Virus record (IMG/VR): IMGVR_UViG_3300042922_000643
Location: 187,544-251,543 of that record
Reading direction: 5' to 3' (one strand)
Length of the DNA: 64,000 nt
Below the pieces are notes generated by a model, which worked only from the letters and a program-made list of their open reading frames with translations, did no database searches and was not told where the DNA came from. Both the position numbers and the translations under genes were made by a program. Below, one piece after another: positions 40,884 to 51,343 of the stretch. The first letter of the stretch is position 1; every line of letters begins with the position of its first letter.

Positions 40884-42563
40884 ATGTCCTGGAAAAAAGT
40901 AAGTGACATCGTAAAAGACAGCCTGATTGATTTGAGGGGTGTCGAGTACAAGGTGATCGAGAACAAACATTCCGATCTTCTTGTGGCTAAAGTCAGTAAC
41001 CCTGCATTCGTACTCAGCTTAGAGACACTGATTGATATCGTTCAAAATGACGACTGGGAAGGATCGGCACATGAGATTTACGTGAAATCCGAACCCAAAC
41101 CGCAGATTCCGCAATATACCGCGGCAAGAAAGCCAGGCGTTCAAGAGGACTTTGTTCATTCAGAGATTCAATCTCGGTTTGCAGCCAAAGGCCCTTCGCT
41201 TGAAGATCAGCTGAAAGCTGCAACAGCAGGTACGACACCAGAACGCAAGGTATTTGCAACTGCCGTAGCAGGTCCAAGCCTTGAAGATCAACTCAGAGCA
41301 GCTAGAACCGAATCTGGAATCTCAGAAGTTCGTTCCCAGCTTGCTGGAGTTGGTGTCCAAGCAGCTTCGGCAGCACAGGGCGTTGCAAGGGTTGATCAGG
41401 CCGTTGAAAAGGTGGCTAAGCTCAATTCAGAACGTCACTACAACGTTCAAGGCCAGATGTCTCGTGTAGAAGGCTCTGTTCGTAATGTCCAGAATCAGGC
41501 TACCGAGCTTAGCTGGCATGTGCAAAGCGTGCAGGACGATGTCGAAAACGTGGTGGAACGCGTAAGTTCCTTAGAGCATCAGGCGCTCGAAGCCAGAATC
41601 AATCAAGACCTGAACACCCAAAAATCGGCGAAAGCCCAAGGAGGAAATTCTATGTCTATCAAAAAATTGCTCGGTAACTTCACAGGTCTGTTCGGTAAGG
41701 TCGAAGGTCAGTTCGCTTATTCCCCAGCTGGTCTGGCAGTTCGTAAGAACCCTAACGAATACGGCTCCAACTGGATCGTATACGATGCTAAAACTCGCTC
41801 CCTGACTGACGTTCAAGACTTGGTTCTTGACTTCAATATCCCTGCATTCCAGCTGCCTGTCACTGAAGACGCCGTGAACGAAGGCGACATCATCCTGAAC
41901 AACGGTAAATTCCAGTACGTTGTTGAGATCAATGATGGATACGTGAAAACGATCTCTCCTTCCGACAGCTCGTACAGCAGCGTTATCCCTACCCGTAACC
42001 AGTTCCTGAACAAAACGTTCTACACTACGGTGAAGACGCTTAGTCTGGCTGGCGAAGGTGGATTCGATCCGATGTTGCTGATGGCTATGAACAAAGGCGG
42101 CGACAAGCAAGATCTGCTTCCATTCCTGCTCATGAGCGGTGGACTGGGCGGTAATGGCGCAGCTGCAACTGGCGGCATTGATCCAATGATGCTGGCTCTG
42201 ATCGGTGACAACACCGAAGACTTGCTTCCATTCCTGCTTCTGCAACAGGGCGGCGTGGCTGACAAAGGTATCAATCCTTTGATGCTGCTTCTGATGACTG
42301 ACAAAGGCGGCGACTCGAAAGATAGCCTGCTTCCATTGCTCTTGATGGGTGGCGGTCTTGGTGGAGCTGGTGGCGCTCAAGCAGGTGGTATCCAGTCGAT
42401 GCTTCCGTTCTTGCTCATGAGCGGTGATAAAGGCGGAGACAGCGGAATCAAAGACATCTTGATGATGCAAGCACTGGGCGGTGGCGCTGGTTTCGGTAAC
42501 CTCTTCGGTGGTACAGCACCAGCTGCAACTCCAGTAACTCCAGCGGCTCCAGCGGCTGAGTAA
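40884..42563 (+). CDS. Hypothetical protein with coiled coil and C-terminal (D/N)PMLL/LLPFLLM Gly-rich repeats; in-frame internal start at 41652
   Basis: AGGAGG RBS at about 41640 before ATG 41652; about 8 hydrophobic repeats. Confidence 0.8.
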   Translation: MSWKKVSDIVKDSLIDLRGVEYKVIENKHSDLLVAKVSNPAFVLSLETLIDIVQNDDWEGSAHEIYVKSEPKPQIPQYTAARKPGVQEDFVHSEIQSRFAAKGPSLEDQLKAATAGTTPERKVFATAVAGPSLEDQLRAARTESGISEVRSQLAGVGVQAASAAQGVARVDQAVEKVAKLNSERHYNVQGQMSRVEGSVRNVQNQATELSWHVQSVQDDVENVVERVSSLEHQALEARINQDLNTQKSAKAQGGNSMSIKKLLGNFTGLFGKVEGQFAYSPAGLAVRKNPNEYGSNWIVYDAKTRSLTDVQDLVLDFNIPAFQLPVTEDAVNEGDIILNNGKFQYVVEINDGYVKTISPSDSSYSSVIPTRNQFLNKTFYTTVKTLSLAGEGGFDPMLLMAMNKGGDKQDLLPFLLMSGGLGGNGAAATGGIDPMMLALIGDNTEDLLPFLLLQQGGVADKGINPLMLLLMTDKGGDSKDSLLPLLLMGGGLGGAGGAQAGGIQSMLPFLLMSGDKGGDSGIKDILMMQALGGGAGFGNLFGGTAPAATPVTPAAPAAE

Positions 42564-42579
42564 GAAAGGTTGATGTGTC

Positions 42580-42756
42580 TTGGGCGAGAAGGAACTTCGG
42601 CAAGCTGCTAGAGGGATGTATAAAACCGCTGAACAGATGAAGATGCTCAGACTTGCCCAAGAAGGCACATTGGCTCAGTATCTTCTCAAGAAAGAGTTCA
42701 GCAAGATGCAACGCAAGATGAATGCCAAGGTCCGCAAGGCTCTTGGTATCAAGTAG
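42580..42756 (+). CDS. Small basic hypothetical protein (58 aa, not in ORF track)
   Basis: AAAGG RBS, TTG start: MGEKELRQAARGMY...KVRKALGIK. Confidence 0.55.
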   Translation: MGEKELRQAARGMYKTAEQMKMLRLAQEGTLAQYLLKKEFSKMQRKMNAKVRKALGIK

Positions 42757-42930
42757 TCGAACCGACGTCGGGGCTCCTTGAAGTGATAAAGACTTCGGGA
42801 GCTCTCCTTTCTTAAAGTGACTAGATGAGGATGATGGCTGCGGGTAGGGGCAAGTTGGCTTGCTGTGTAATCTAGTTATTATTCATTCGTTTTACCCAAA
42901 CCAAAACCCAAATTAGAGGAGTGTTGCATT

Positions 42931-43296
42931 ATGGCACGCACAGTACACTACGGAACTAACAAACCTTTCACTATCTTCGACGACAAACTTTCTATCGAAG
43001 ACATCAAGAAGACTATGGCCGATTATTTCCCTGAAGTTGCAAACGCTACGGCACGCGTCGAAGGCGACAACATTTACCTGGAAGTGAAGGCTGGTACGAA
43101 AGGTTCGGGACCACGTACTGTTCATTACGGCACTAACAAGCCGTTCACAATCTTTGACGAAAAGCTGTCGATTGAAGACATCAAGAAAACCATGGCTGAC
43201 TACTTCCCTGAAGTAGCAAACGCCAGCGCTCGGGTTGAAGGTAACAACATCTACCTGGAAGTGAAAGCAGGCACTAAAGGCCTGATCTTGGCCTAA
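42931..43296 (+). CDS. Tandem di-ubiquitin-like protein (Prok_Ub / PRTRC protein C type)
   Basis: Two near-identical 58-aa units, each ending KAGTKG; LS.E.IK..MA.YFPEVANA pattern; capped by LILA. Confidence 0.85.
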   Translation: MARTVHYGTNKPFTIFDDKLSIEDIKKTMADYFPEVANATARVEGDNIYLEVKAGTKGSGPRTVHYGTNKPFTIFDEKLSIEDIKKTMADYFPEVANASARVEGNNIYLEVKAGTKGLILA

Positions 43297-43332
43297 TCTG
43301 CTTCTAGCAGAATTGGCTAGATTCTTGTAAAC

Positions 43333-43374
43333 TAGGGCAGGAGGGGCTACCAAGCTCTTTCCTGCCTTTTTTTA
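43333..43374 (+). terminator. Intrinsic terminator after the Ubl gene
   Basis: GGGCAGGAGGGGC...GCTCTTTCCTGCC followed by a T-run. Confidence 0.75.
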
Positions 43375-43417
43375 TGTAACTTTGGGCAAATAGACTCAAA
43401 AGGAGGTTCGGAAAACA

Positions 43418-43861
43418 ATGGATGAAATCTTAATTACTAGTATTAATGGTGTACCCATCAACAGAGCAGTCCCACTCACCACAGAAGAGGTTTTCTTCGG
43501 AGAAGATGATCAAGTTGAAGGCGGTAATGGGCTTGAGCAGGAAGCTGCAACAGCTGTAGAGCCTGAAGCACAAAAAGACGTCTGGGAAGCTAATGAATTC
43601 CAGTCCGTTTATCGTCAGCTCATTGGTCATTTCGAAACATTAGAATCCCGAGACACACTGGATAGTCGGACACGGGAACTTATGAGCTTGATTGGTGAAG
43701 CTACAACTGTTTCCGAATTTGATAGTTATAGCGATGACCAACTCAACAGTTTTCTTTCTCAGATTCATAATGTTCTTCCGCGTCTTGAAAGAAACTTTAG
43801 CCAGTTCGATTCGGATATGGCTAGATCCCGCGCAGTCGTCGCCGATATTGATTTTATTTAA
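43418..43861 (+). CDS. Acidic hypothetical protein within the Ubl cassette
   Basis: AAGGAGG RBS. Confidence 0.7.
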   Translation: MDEILITSINGVPINRAVPLTTEEVFFGEDDQVEGGNGLEQEAATAVEPEAQKDVWEANEFQSVYRQLIGHFETLESRDTLDSRTRELMSLIGEATTVSEFDSYSDDQLNSFLSQIHNVLPRLERNFSQFDSDMARSRAVVADIDFI

Positions 43862-43875
43862 GGAGGTGTTAGGTC

Positions 43876-45504
43876 ATGACAATCGGAGTAATTGATTCAG
43901 TTACAATCGCGCAGCGTATTCGTTACATCCAAGACACAAGAGAGCTTAAGTCTAAAGGTGTTCTTGAAGAGCCAGCTCCTATACCTAGGACCGAGCAAGA
44001 ATGGAAAGATACTGTTCGCGATATGGTTTTTGCATACTTAAAGAAAACATTCCCTGGATGCTACGTGCGTCCCCACCTGGGAACTGAAATTTTTGCGCTC
44101 CGTCTCGACACGGAGATATTCATGAAAGCGGAAAAGATCAAGCAATGGTATCGCCAATCTGCATCATGGGGAACCTGGTTCCAAAATGCTTATACCAGTT
44201 TGTCGAATATCATCACAGATCAATCTTATTTCGATCTTAACAGTGAAACTGTGAAAAAGGTCGTCGTGGACGGTGAAAATTTTATTCACGTAACCTTTAA
44301 TATGACGAATATGGGCGGTTACTCCCAACGCGGCATGACGAAGATTATTGAATTGTGTGATCGTATCGTCCAAAGAGAAACCGCTCTTAGCAACCATTTT
44401 GATAATATTCAAGCCGCGATTCGTGTTGAAGAAGCAAGAAGAGAAACTGTGCGTATTGAACGCGCTCGTGTCGAGAAAGCAAAATATATCCAAGAATTAT
44501 CTTCTCGATTGTTGGTGCCATTGGGATCTTATAACCCTACAGGTATTACATTCGACGATAAATTCAAGAAAAAGATGGCGGAATGGTGCGCCGAAAACGG
44601 CCATCAACCAGTCAGAGCTCATGAAGCAACCTATAAAACAATGGTTCCAGTGGATACCGTTGTTCGTTTAATGAACAAAGTCGGTGAAAAAGATGCTGAT
44701 TGGTATGCTGTTCCACAATTCGGTGGCCATGACGTACCAGAAGGATTCAATCTGGTTACGAAAATTGGTAAAGTTACTGGCCATTCGGAAACAGAAGAGC
44801 GTTCGCGCGGTGGCGCAGCTCCGATTGTTGTTGAAAAGTTTGTTTACCTCTCTTTCGATATGAAGTATTGGGAACATACTCTTCCAGAGAATTACAGGGA
44901 AATTCTTGAAGCGACCCTTCGGATTGAAGAGGAATCTAAGATCGAGTTTGAGCGCGAAGAAGCAATTCGTGAAGCAGAACGTAAACGTCGTGAAGAAATC
45001 GCTTTGCGTGTACAGACGGCGAAGAATCAGATTCGAGAGGAGATCAAGAGAAAAAAGGACTTAGCCAAAGAAGCTTATTACCAAAGCGTCAGAGAACTGG
45101 ACATCGAGATGGAAAAGCTTATCAGCGAAATCGTGATCGAAGAACCGCCGTCAAGTCCAGAGATTGAAGCTCAAGCCTCGCTGCCTTCTTTCGAAGAATT
45201 CCTTGCGGGGTTGAAGCCAGTAGCAAAATCATCTTCAGCTGATCAGCTTGACGAAGATATCATGGATGTTCTGAAGAAGATTAATCACGGCAGAGGTGCC
45301 TACTACAACGATAGAGCTGTTCCTTGGGAAAAGTTTGTCGCTGTTCACGGGCCATCGAGAACTATCCGAAAATGTTTCCCAACTCTTGAGAAGATGAAGG
45401 ACTACGTCCGAGAACAAGGTTTCTCTGCTCTTACACTGAGGGATTTTGAAAAAGGCGTGTTCGACTATCTTGATCCTACGCAGAAGATCTGCGAATATAA
45501 TTAA
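43876..45504 (+). CDS. Coiled-coil hypothetical protein within the Ubl cassette
   Basis: 542-aa ORF, AAGGAGG RBS. Confidence 0.75.
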   Translation: MTIGVIDSVTIAQRIRYIQDTRELKSKGVLEEPAPIPRTEQEWKDTVRDMVFAYLKKTFPGCYVRPHLGTEIFALRLDTEIFMKAEKIKQWYRQSASWGTWFQNAYTSLSNIITDQSYFDLNSETVKKVVVDGENFIHVTFNMTNMGGYSQRGMTKIIELCDRIVQRETALSNHFDNIQAAIRVEEARRETVRIERARVEKAKYIQELSSRLLVPLGSYNPTGITFDDKFKKKMAEWCAENGHQPVRAHEATYKTMVPVDTVVRLMNKVGEKDADWYAVPQFGGHDVPEGFNLVTKIGKVTGHSETEERSRGGAAPIVVEKFVYLSFDMKYWEHTLPENYREILEATLRIEEESKIEFEREEAIREAERKRREEIALRVQTAKNQIREEIKRKKDLAKEAYYQSVRELDIEMEKLISEIVIEEPPSSPEIEAQASLPSFEEFLAGLKPVAKSSSADQLDEDIMDVLKKINHGRGAYYNDRAVPWEKFVAVHGPSRTIRKCFPTLEKMKDYVREQGFSALTLRDFEKGVFDYLDPTQKICEYN

Positions 45505-45516
45505 GGAGGATTTACC

Positions 45517-46296
45517 ATGGCAAATGAATCTGTTCAAGCTCCAGCTCCGACGGCTGCAACACCGAAAATTACCATTGAAATTATGGCAGACCATGCACAA
45601 ATTACCACCGTGAAAAACGGTGTTCATGCAGTTAAAAGTACAACTCTTGCGGATATTCAAAGCGTTCTTGTTCGTGACCGTTCACTTGAGACTCCCCTTC
45701 TTCCAGGGGAGTTTGGAACTCAGAAGTATATCGCTTCAGGTTCCCGTGAATTGTACGCAGTAACGACTCCTGAGCATATTCGCAAGGTGACTTTCGATGC
45801 TCGTGGAGATGGCCGCGGACTTGTTGAATACAAGATTCCAGTTCCATCAATGCTCTGGATCATGATCGTTAATTGTAAGGACAATCGTCGTAGTTTGCAT
45901 CACACCATGGCGTACGCAATTCGGAATCCTATCCTTAGTGAAAGAGATCCGATGTACGTATTCCCGTTCTCTAATGTGAATCATGAGTACTGCTGCTGGG
46001 GTGAAAATGAAGTTTCGATCAGCATCCCAAAAAGTATTCAAACGATCCCTGATCAGTTCATGTCGGGCTACTTTAACAGTGATCTTGACGGCAATAAATT
46101 CCAATCATTCGATTGGAAGAAAAATGACCGTGTGATTTCCGCATTCCGTACGAGTCATTTCTTTGAATATCTGGACGAAGAACAGAAGAAAGCTGAAGCC
46201 GACGGCAAGAACGCGGAATTCAAGTGGGATGCTCTTCATTCTGCTAATAAGAACTTCGCAGAAGCCATTGCTCAAGAAGCTCGGCGCTTAGGCTAA
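45517..46296 (+). CDS. Prokaryotic E2 family D (PRTRC protein B-like) conjugating enzyme
   Basis: IPVPSMLW...AYAI...MYVFPFSNV..YCCWG...FM...FNSDL signature with a candidate catalytic Cys. Confidence 0.8.
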   Translation: MANESVQAPAPTAATPKITIEIMADHAQITTVKNGVHAVKSTTLADIQSVLVRDRSLETPLLPGEFGTQKYIASGSRELYAVTTPEHIRKVTFDARGDGRGLVEYKIPVPSMLWIMIVNCKDNRRSLHHTMAYAIRNPILSERDPMYVFPFSNVNHEYCCWGENEVSISIPKSIQTIPDQFMSGYFNSDLDGNKFQSFDWKKNDRVISAFRTSHFFEYLDEEQKKAEADGKNAEFKWDALHSANKNFAEAIAQEARRLG

Positions 46297-46441
46297 GAAG
46301 GAGAGGAATGTTGTGATCGAATACTGGAAACAGCGCTGGAATCTTGATATCGGCTTTATAACCGAATACTGGTGGTTGTATATCATTCTTGCAGTCGTAT
46401 ATGTTCTTGTCTTTCTTTTTATGAAAGGACGGGATTAAGAT

Positions 46442-46870
46442 ATGCCACGCAAACCTTGTATAACTCACAATGATGTTAAAATTTGGCGGGTATACGACGG
46501 CGGAGATTCAAGAGCTTATTGGTTTGCGTGGCATCCTGGCCATACAGAGGACGGCGACGATTTCCAATTCGATGTTCGTGATCTTTCCACTTACCGTCGT
46601 AGCTATGAAGAATATATTAAACAAGGTATGTCTGCTGCAAAAGCTTACGCAGGTTATCAGTCAGATATCAGAAGATTCATTAAGGAGGCCATTGATAAAG
46701 AAGAGATACTTCCTGATGGCCCCATCCCTCGTGATGACAACAATATTAAAGAACATCGTCCCGAAAAGCTGAAGTTAATTCGTGAAGTTTATGAAGCTAA
46801 GCGGCGGCAAACTTGGGAAGAAATGATCAATCGTTTTAATAAATCAAAATCGGAAGGAATGAGTATATAA
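46442..46870 (+). CDS. Hypothetical protein
   Basis: ORF between E2 and JAB. Confidence 0.6.
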   Translation: MPRKPCITHNDVKIWRVYDGGDSRAYWFAWHPGHTEDGDDFQFDVRDLSTYRRSYEEYIKQGMSAAKAYAGYQSDIRRFIKEAIDKEEILPDGPIPRDDNNIKEHRPEKLKLIREVYEAKRRQTWEEMINRFNKSKSEGMSI

Positions 46871-48246
46871 TGACAAAGAAAGAAAAAGCATTGGCAGCAG
46901 CAGCGGCAGCTGAAGCAACAACTGGAACAGCAACTACGGAGGTAACGGCTCCTGTTCAAACAAGAGAAGAAGCAATGGCAGCGTTTCGTGCTCAACTTGC
47001 TGGTGAAATTTGCCAGTATGTACCATTCTCCGTTGGCTTAACTCTTGATGATGTATCGAATATGCCTACAAACGTTGTTATCGCAAAAAATGGTCTGTTT
47101 CGTGTATCCAAGACACCTATCGGTTATTTTGCAACTCAGCTGGCCGTAGGAGACGCTAAATTCGTTATTCCTGGTGTTCAGGAAATCAAGAAGGGTGTTA
47201 CGCTTTCTATTCCAAAAATTCCTTTCGAGTACTGGCTGGAAGTTCTGTCATTTTATCGTGATGTATATAACAAGGATAAAACAGAAGCATCATTATTGTT
47301 CTTCTGGAATGACCGCGAAATTACATTGCCTACTGAATTCACTGATGGTACTCCGATTAAAGGTCTTTCGGAACGCGGCCAGCTAATCATGTATTGTCCG
47401 TCCCAGAAGAATAGTAGCGGTCTTTCAAACTTCACAGCAGATACTATGGTTCCATGGCTGCGGACGAACACAACGCCGTTACTCGAAACCCATTCTCACC
47501 ATACAATGGGCGCTTTCTGGTCGTCAACGGATAATGACAATGAGAATATGAATCAGTTCTATGGCGTCTACGGTGAAATTTTGAAACCTGATCCAAAATT
47601 CCTTTTCCGTTATGTGCATGGAACAGACAAGTCGGATATTGACTTCTATGAACTGTTTGAAAAACCTGTCACTATTACTCAGGTTATCATCGGCGATAAA
47701 GTAATTGATATTCAAAATGCCGTAGAATACAAAGGTCCATGGCCAAATCTTGAATATCCTGCTGACTGGATGGAGAAACACGCTGTTAGTTACACAGTGA
47801 CTCCCAGTTATGGCGGCGCAGCGGGTGGATATGGACGTGGCGGCCAGGGCGGTGGATACGGTCAAAATAATGGATATGGTTATGGCGGCGGCGCAAGCGG
47901 GTACGGACGCGGTGGTCTTGGCTATGATGATGACTATGTTGCAAGCCAATATCGTGCAGGAGCTGGAGGAACCGCAGGTGCTGCGGGACAAGCCAAGCTG
48001 CTTGAATTCGATGAGAGCAAAAAAAACACCGTGGACGGGGAGGACGTGGCCGATCTGACCGACGGAGTGGTCAAAAAGGTTATCGAAACAAAAACAAGCA
48101 CCGTTGAGATCGTGGCCTTGCAAAGATTGTCCCCCTTTTCCGAAAAGCAGATTTTTTCGCTTTGTGAGGAATTGTCAGAGATGGGCTACGACCAAGTTAT
48201 TCACGGGACGATCCAAGCGATGATTGGAATGACGGAGGAGGCGTAA
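46870..48246 (+). CDS. JAB/MPN+ metallo-isopeptidase (PRTRC protein A-like) with Gly/Tyr-rich tail
   Basis: E(A) ... ETHSHHTMGAFWSSTD JAMM motif. Confidence 0.9.
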   Translation: MTKKEKALAAAAAAEATTGTATTEVTAPVQTREEAMAAFRAQLAGEICQYVPFSVGLTLDDVSNMPTNVVIAKNGLFRVSKTPIGYFATQLAVGDAKFVIPGVQEIKKGVTLSIPKIPFEYWLEVLSFYRDVYNKDKTEASLLFFWNDREITLPTEFTDGTPIKGLSERGQLIMYCPSQKNSSGLSNFTADTMVPWLRTNTTPLLETHSHHTMGAFWSSTDNDNENMNQFYGVYGEILKPDPKFLFRYVHGTDKSDIDFYELFEKPVTITQVIIGDKVIDIQNAVEYKGPWPNLEYPADWMEKHAVSYTVTPSYGGAAGGYGRGGQGGGYGQNNGYGYGGGASGYGRGGLGYDDDYVASQYRAGAGGTAGAAGQAKLLEFDESKKNTVDGEDVADLTDGVVKKVIETKTSTVEIVALQRLSPFSEKQIFSLCEELSEMGYDQVIHGTIQAMIGMTEEA

Positions 48247-48292
48247 TTGCCTCCTGTTTTTCTTTACTAAAAATTGATCGGAGGAATGGAAA

Positions 48293-49255
48293 ATGGATTT
48301 TGAATTGAAAAATAACTTCGTATTGGATGTAAAAGCAAATGAACCAAAACATTTTGTACTGATCGGTTGCGGCGGTAATGGCGCATATTTCATTCGGGAC
48401 TTCATTCGTCAAGTTGCTATTCAAAACATGCAAATGTCTATGTCTTTGGATAAACGTTCGCACTGCGTTACTGTTATCGATGCCGACGAAGTTGAAGACA
48501 AGAATTTGACTCGTCAAAACTTCGTACAGAAGGACGTCGGATCTAATAAATCACAGATTCTTGCAAATCGTTACGGTTCAGCTTTCGGCGTACCGATTCG
48601 GTATGTGCCCGAATATATTCAGAACGAAGAGCATCTTTTGTCTATCATTCAGGGACAACCAGGAACGCCTGTCATCCTCGGAGCTGTCGATAACAATAAG
48701 ACCCGTAAGATCATCTATGATACCTATAAGAAGCTCAGCGGAGCCTTCTGGATCGATGCTGGTAACGAGCAATATGCAGGCCAGGTTGTTTGTGGGTATA
48801 ACTACCCTAGCGCACCTGACACAAGCAAAGCTCGGGAACCTCATCAGTTCTATATGCCTTGTGCAATTGATATTTATCCTGAAATCGCTGAAGCAACAGA
48901 TAAACTTCCTGGTGAATTGTCCTGCGCAGAACGTTCAGTATCTGCACCGCAGAACATTTTCACAAATATCACAGCTGCAACAATCATGATGGGATTTGCG
49001 AATATCATTCTCACCGCATCGAATGTTGCTGAAGGCGAAGGACTTCGCTGTCATGCTGTAACTTTCAATACTCATAATACCATCGCTCAGACTACTCGAT
49101 TGAATCATGAAGATTTATTAGCTGCACGCTATGTAGCTCCTCCTGTAGCTGAAGCACCAGAAGCTCCAGTCCCTACACCAGCGGTGAAGAAACCTGCATC
49201 CAAGAAAAAGAAAGCTCCTGCATCCGCTGCTCCTGTTCCTGCACCAACAGCATAA
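48293..49255 (+). CDS. ThiF/E1-like ubiquitin-activating adenylyltransferase
   Basis: GCGGNG, DADEVEDKNLTRQNF, GAVDN, WIDAGN and SCAE motifs. Confidence 0.92.
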   Translation: MDFELKNNFVLDVKANEPKHFVLIGCGGNGAYFIRDFIRQVAIQNMQMSMSLDKRSHCVTVIDADEVEDKNLTRQNFVQKDVGSNKSQILANRYGSAFGVPIRYVPEYIQNEEHLLSIIQGQPGTPVILGAVDNNKTRKIIYDTYKKLSGAFWIDAGNEQYAGQVVCGYNYPSAPDTSKAREPHQFYMPCAIDIYPEIAEATDKLPGELSCAERSVSAPQNIFTNITAATIMMGFANIILTASNVAEGEGLRCHAVTFNTHNTIAQTTRLNHEDLLAARYVAPPVAEAPEAPVPTPAVKKPASKKKKAPASAAPVPAPTA

Positions 49256-49736
49256 CTGAATAAAAAAATGAAGGGGGAGGCGACTCTCCCTTGTACATAT
49301 TATATTGAAGGAGGCGCTATGATGCTTGAATTTGGTAACCGTCGGCGAATAGTCCGACTTGAAAATAAAGTAATCGAACTGTTGAAAGAAAACAAAGAGC
49401 TTCAAAAAAGTTTAAAGGAAAAAAGAAAGTTCTACGATCCTCAATGGGGAAAAGAAATCACCGTCTCTCCTTATGTATTTGAAAGGTATATCAAACATAT
49501 AGGCCGACCCACTCTTGGAGGATACCTGGTATATTGTGAAGATGGTACTTCTTATACGGTAAATATCGACGAAGAAATGAGTGACGGATATATCCGTTTT
49601 GAACAAGCTTTTGAAGAACCACACGGGGAATGTAAATATTGTTCTAAATTTTTTAAACTTTTTGATGGGTACCCGAAAGATAGTCCTGATTTTTGTAGCC
49701 ATGACTGCTATAATCGTTTCTTAAAGGAGACTTAAC

Positions 49737-50042
49737 ATGAAAGTCCTACTTCCTAATGGAAATTGGCCTTATAGTTTTAGACCTCAATTACCGTGTGCTG
49801 TCTTGATGACTATTCAATATGAACAGAAAATTTATCATCTTATTCATAGATCAAATTATAATCCTATTTCCTATTCGGGTCTTTTACCTAGAGCCCAATT
49901 GCTTTACATTGATCCTAATCATACCCACTTACTTACTCTAATCAATTTTTCAGATTTTATGTGGACTGAAGAATCAGAGATTGATCTGTTCGAAGAATTT
50001 AATAATGAGTATCTATCCCACAAATTACTTACCGATTTCTAG
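49737..50042 (+). CDS. Small protein with shared C-terminal tag
   Basis: Ends NNEYLSHKLLTDF. Confidence 0.65.
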   Translation: MKVLLPNGNWPYSFRPQLPCAVLMTIQYEQKIYHLIHRSNYNPISYSGLLPRAQLLYIDPNHTHLLTLINFSDFMWTEESEIDLFEEFNNEYLSHKLLTDF

Positions 50043-50367
50043 GACCAAGAAAGGAATCAGTTTCTGGCTCTTTTCTTGGTCCTAGAAAAAGATGTTTCCA
50101 CCTTTTACGACTCTGACATTGCGGAAACAAGAGTTCGTTCACGCGAAGGCTGAACTTATTCTACTTTTTTTCTTCAACGACAAAATCCCACCTCTCCCCT
50201 TTCTATGACTAAACTAGAAAGTGATTACAATGTAACGGCCCGTCCAAAAGGCGTCAGTGGTTTTGTAGGATGCTATCCACGAGGGATAGCGGGATCGAGA
50301 GAGCACCAGGAAGTTTCGTGGGGACCTGGGTAAAAGTGAAGCATCTTTCTAGAACCAACCAAATGAG

Positions 50368-51338
50368 GTGATCGTTATGAGTATGGAAGGTATTCTTAAA
50401 TTCTATCCAGAAGGTTCTATTATCTGGAAAGGAAAACACGATACAAGAGATAATTACTGTTTTATTAAAGTAGTAAATCGTGAAAGTGGTTGCTCAATCC
50501 CTAAAGAATGTTATGAATATTTACACAAAATAGGATTAGGTGAGTTTACTCATGAAGGTAGAAGTTGGCCCTATACGTTGAGTAAAGGCTGGTCTACTAT
50601 GGTAGATAGTCTCGACGGTATAGAAGTGGTTCCGCCTTTTCATATAAATAATGATACTCTTATCCATATGCTTTTGGACGAGGAGGATTAATCTATGCGT
50701 CCTAATGATTATATTACAAAATATGTTCCTGACGGAGCAATTGTCTGGGCAGGTTTGGACCCAAGTTCTTCATACGAAACATATTGCAAGATTTATGTTT
50801 ACACCTGGAGGGCTTTTGATGAGTGTTATATCCCAGATGAATGTGCCAAATATTTAAAGCGTATGGGACTGCAAGATTATATTTACCGTGACCCACATTC
50901 TAATGGTTATTTAAAAGGCGAATATCGTTTAATGGGTGGATATTATACTTCTTGTGATAGAATGACATATGAAACTGTTTATTCTTTTAACAATTCAACT
51001 GCTATTACTTTTTTACCAGATTTGGAGGAGCACTAATGAATAGTATAGCTGACTTCTTTCCAGTTAAAAGTGTACTTTGGTCGGGGTTGTCACCGATAGT
51101 TAATAGTACCTGTCATATCGAAGTTTGTAGTGACCCTTCCCACCACTGCTATATACCTCCAGAATGTGCTAAATTTTTAATAAGCATGGGGTATAAAGAA
51201 TGCATAGTGGAAGATTATTACTCCTGGGAATACGCTTTAAGAGGAGGATTCCATGTAGGTGGCTTAAAAGAACCAACAGTCACTTTTAAACAAATCTCCA
51301 ATTCTACTTTTGCAGAATTTTTGAAAGATACTGAATGA
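50368..51338 (+). CDS. Three tandem paralogs (50368-50691, 50695-51036, 51036-51338) with the shared C-terminal tag
   Basis: Shared P....W.G...C.I.V...C.IP.EC..YL..MG; tails NNDTLIHMLLDE, NNSTAITFLPDL, SNSTFAEFLKDT. Confidence 0.8.
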
Positions 51339-51343
51339 AGGTA

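Noticed and set aside
48015-48030. A8 run in the JAB gene as a programmed frameshift
   Set aside because: The main frame continues to a sensible stop, and no convincing alternative-frame product or stimulatory structure was seen.
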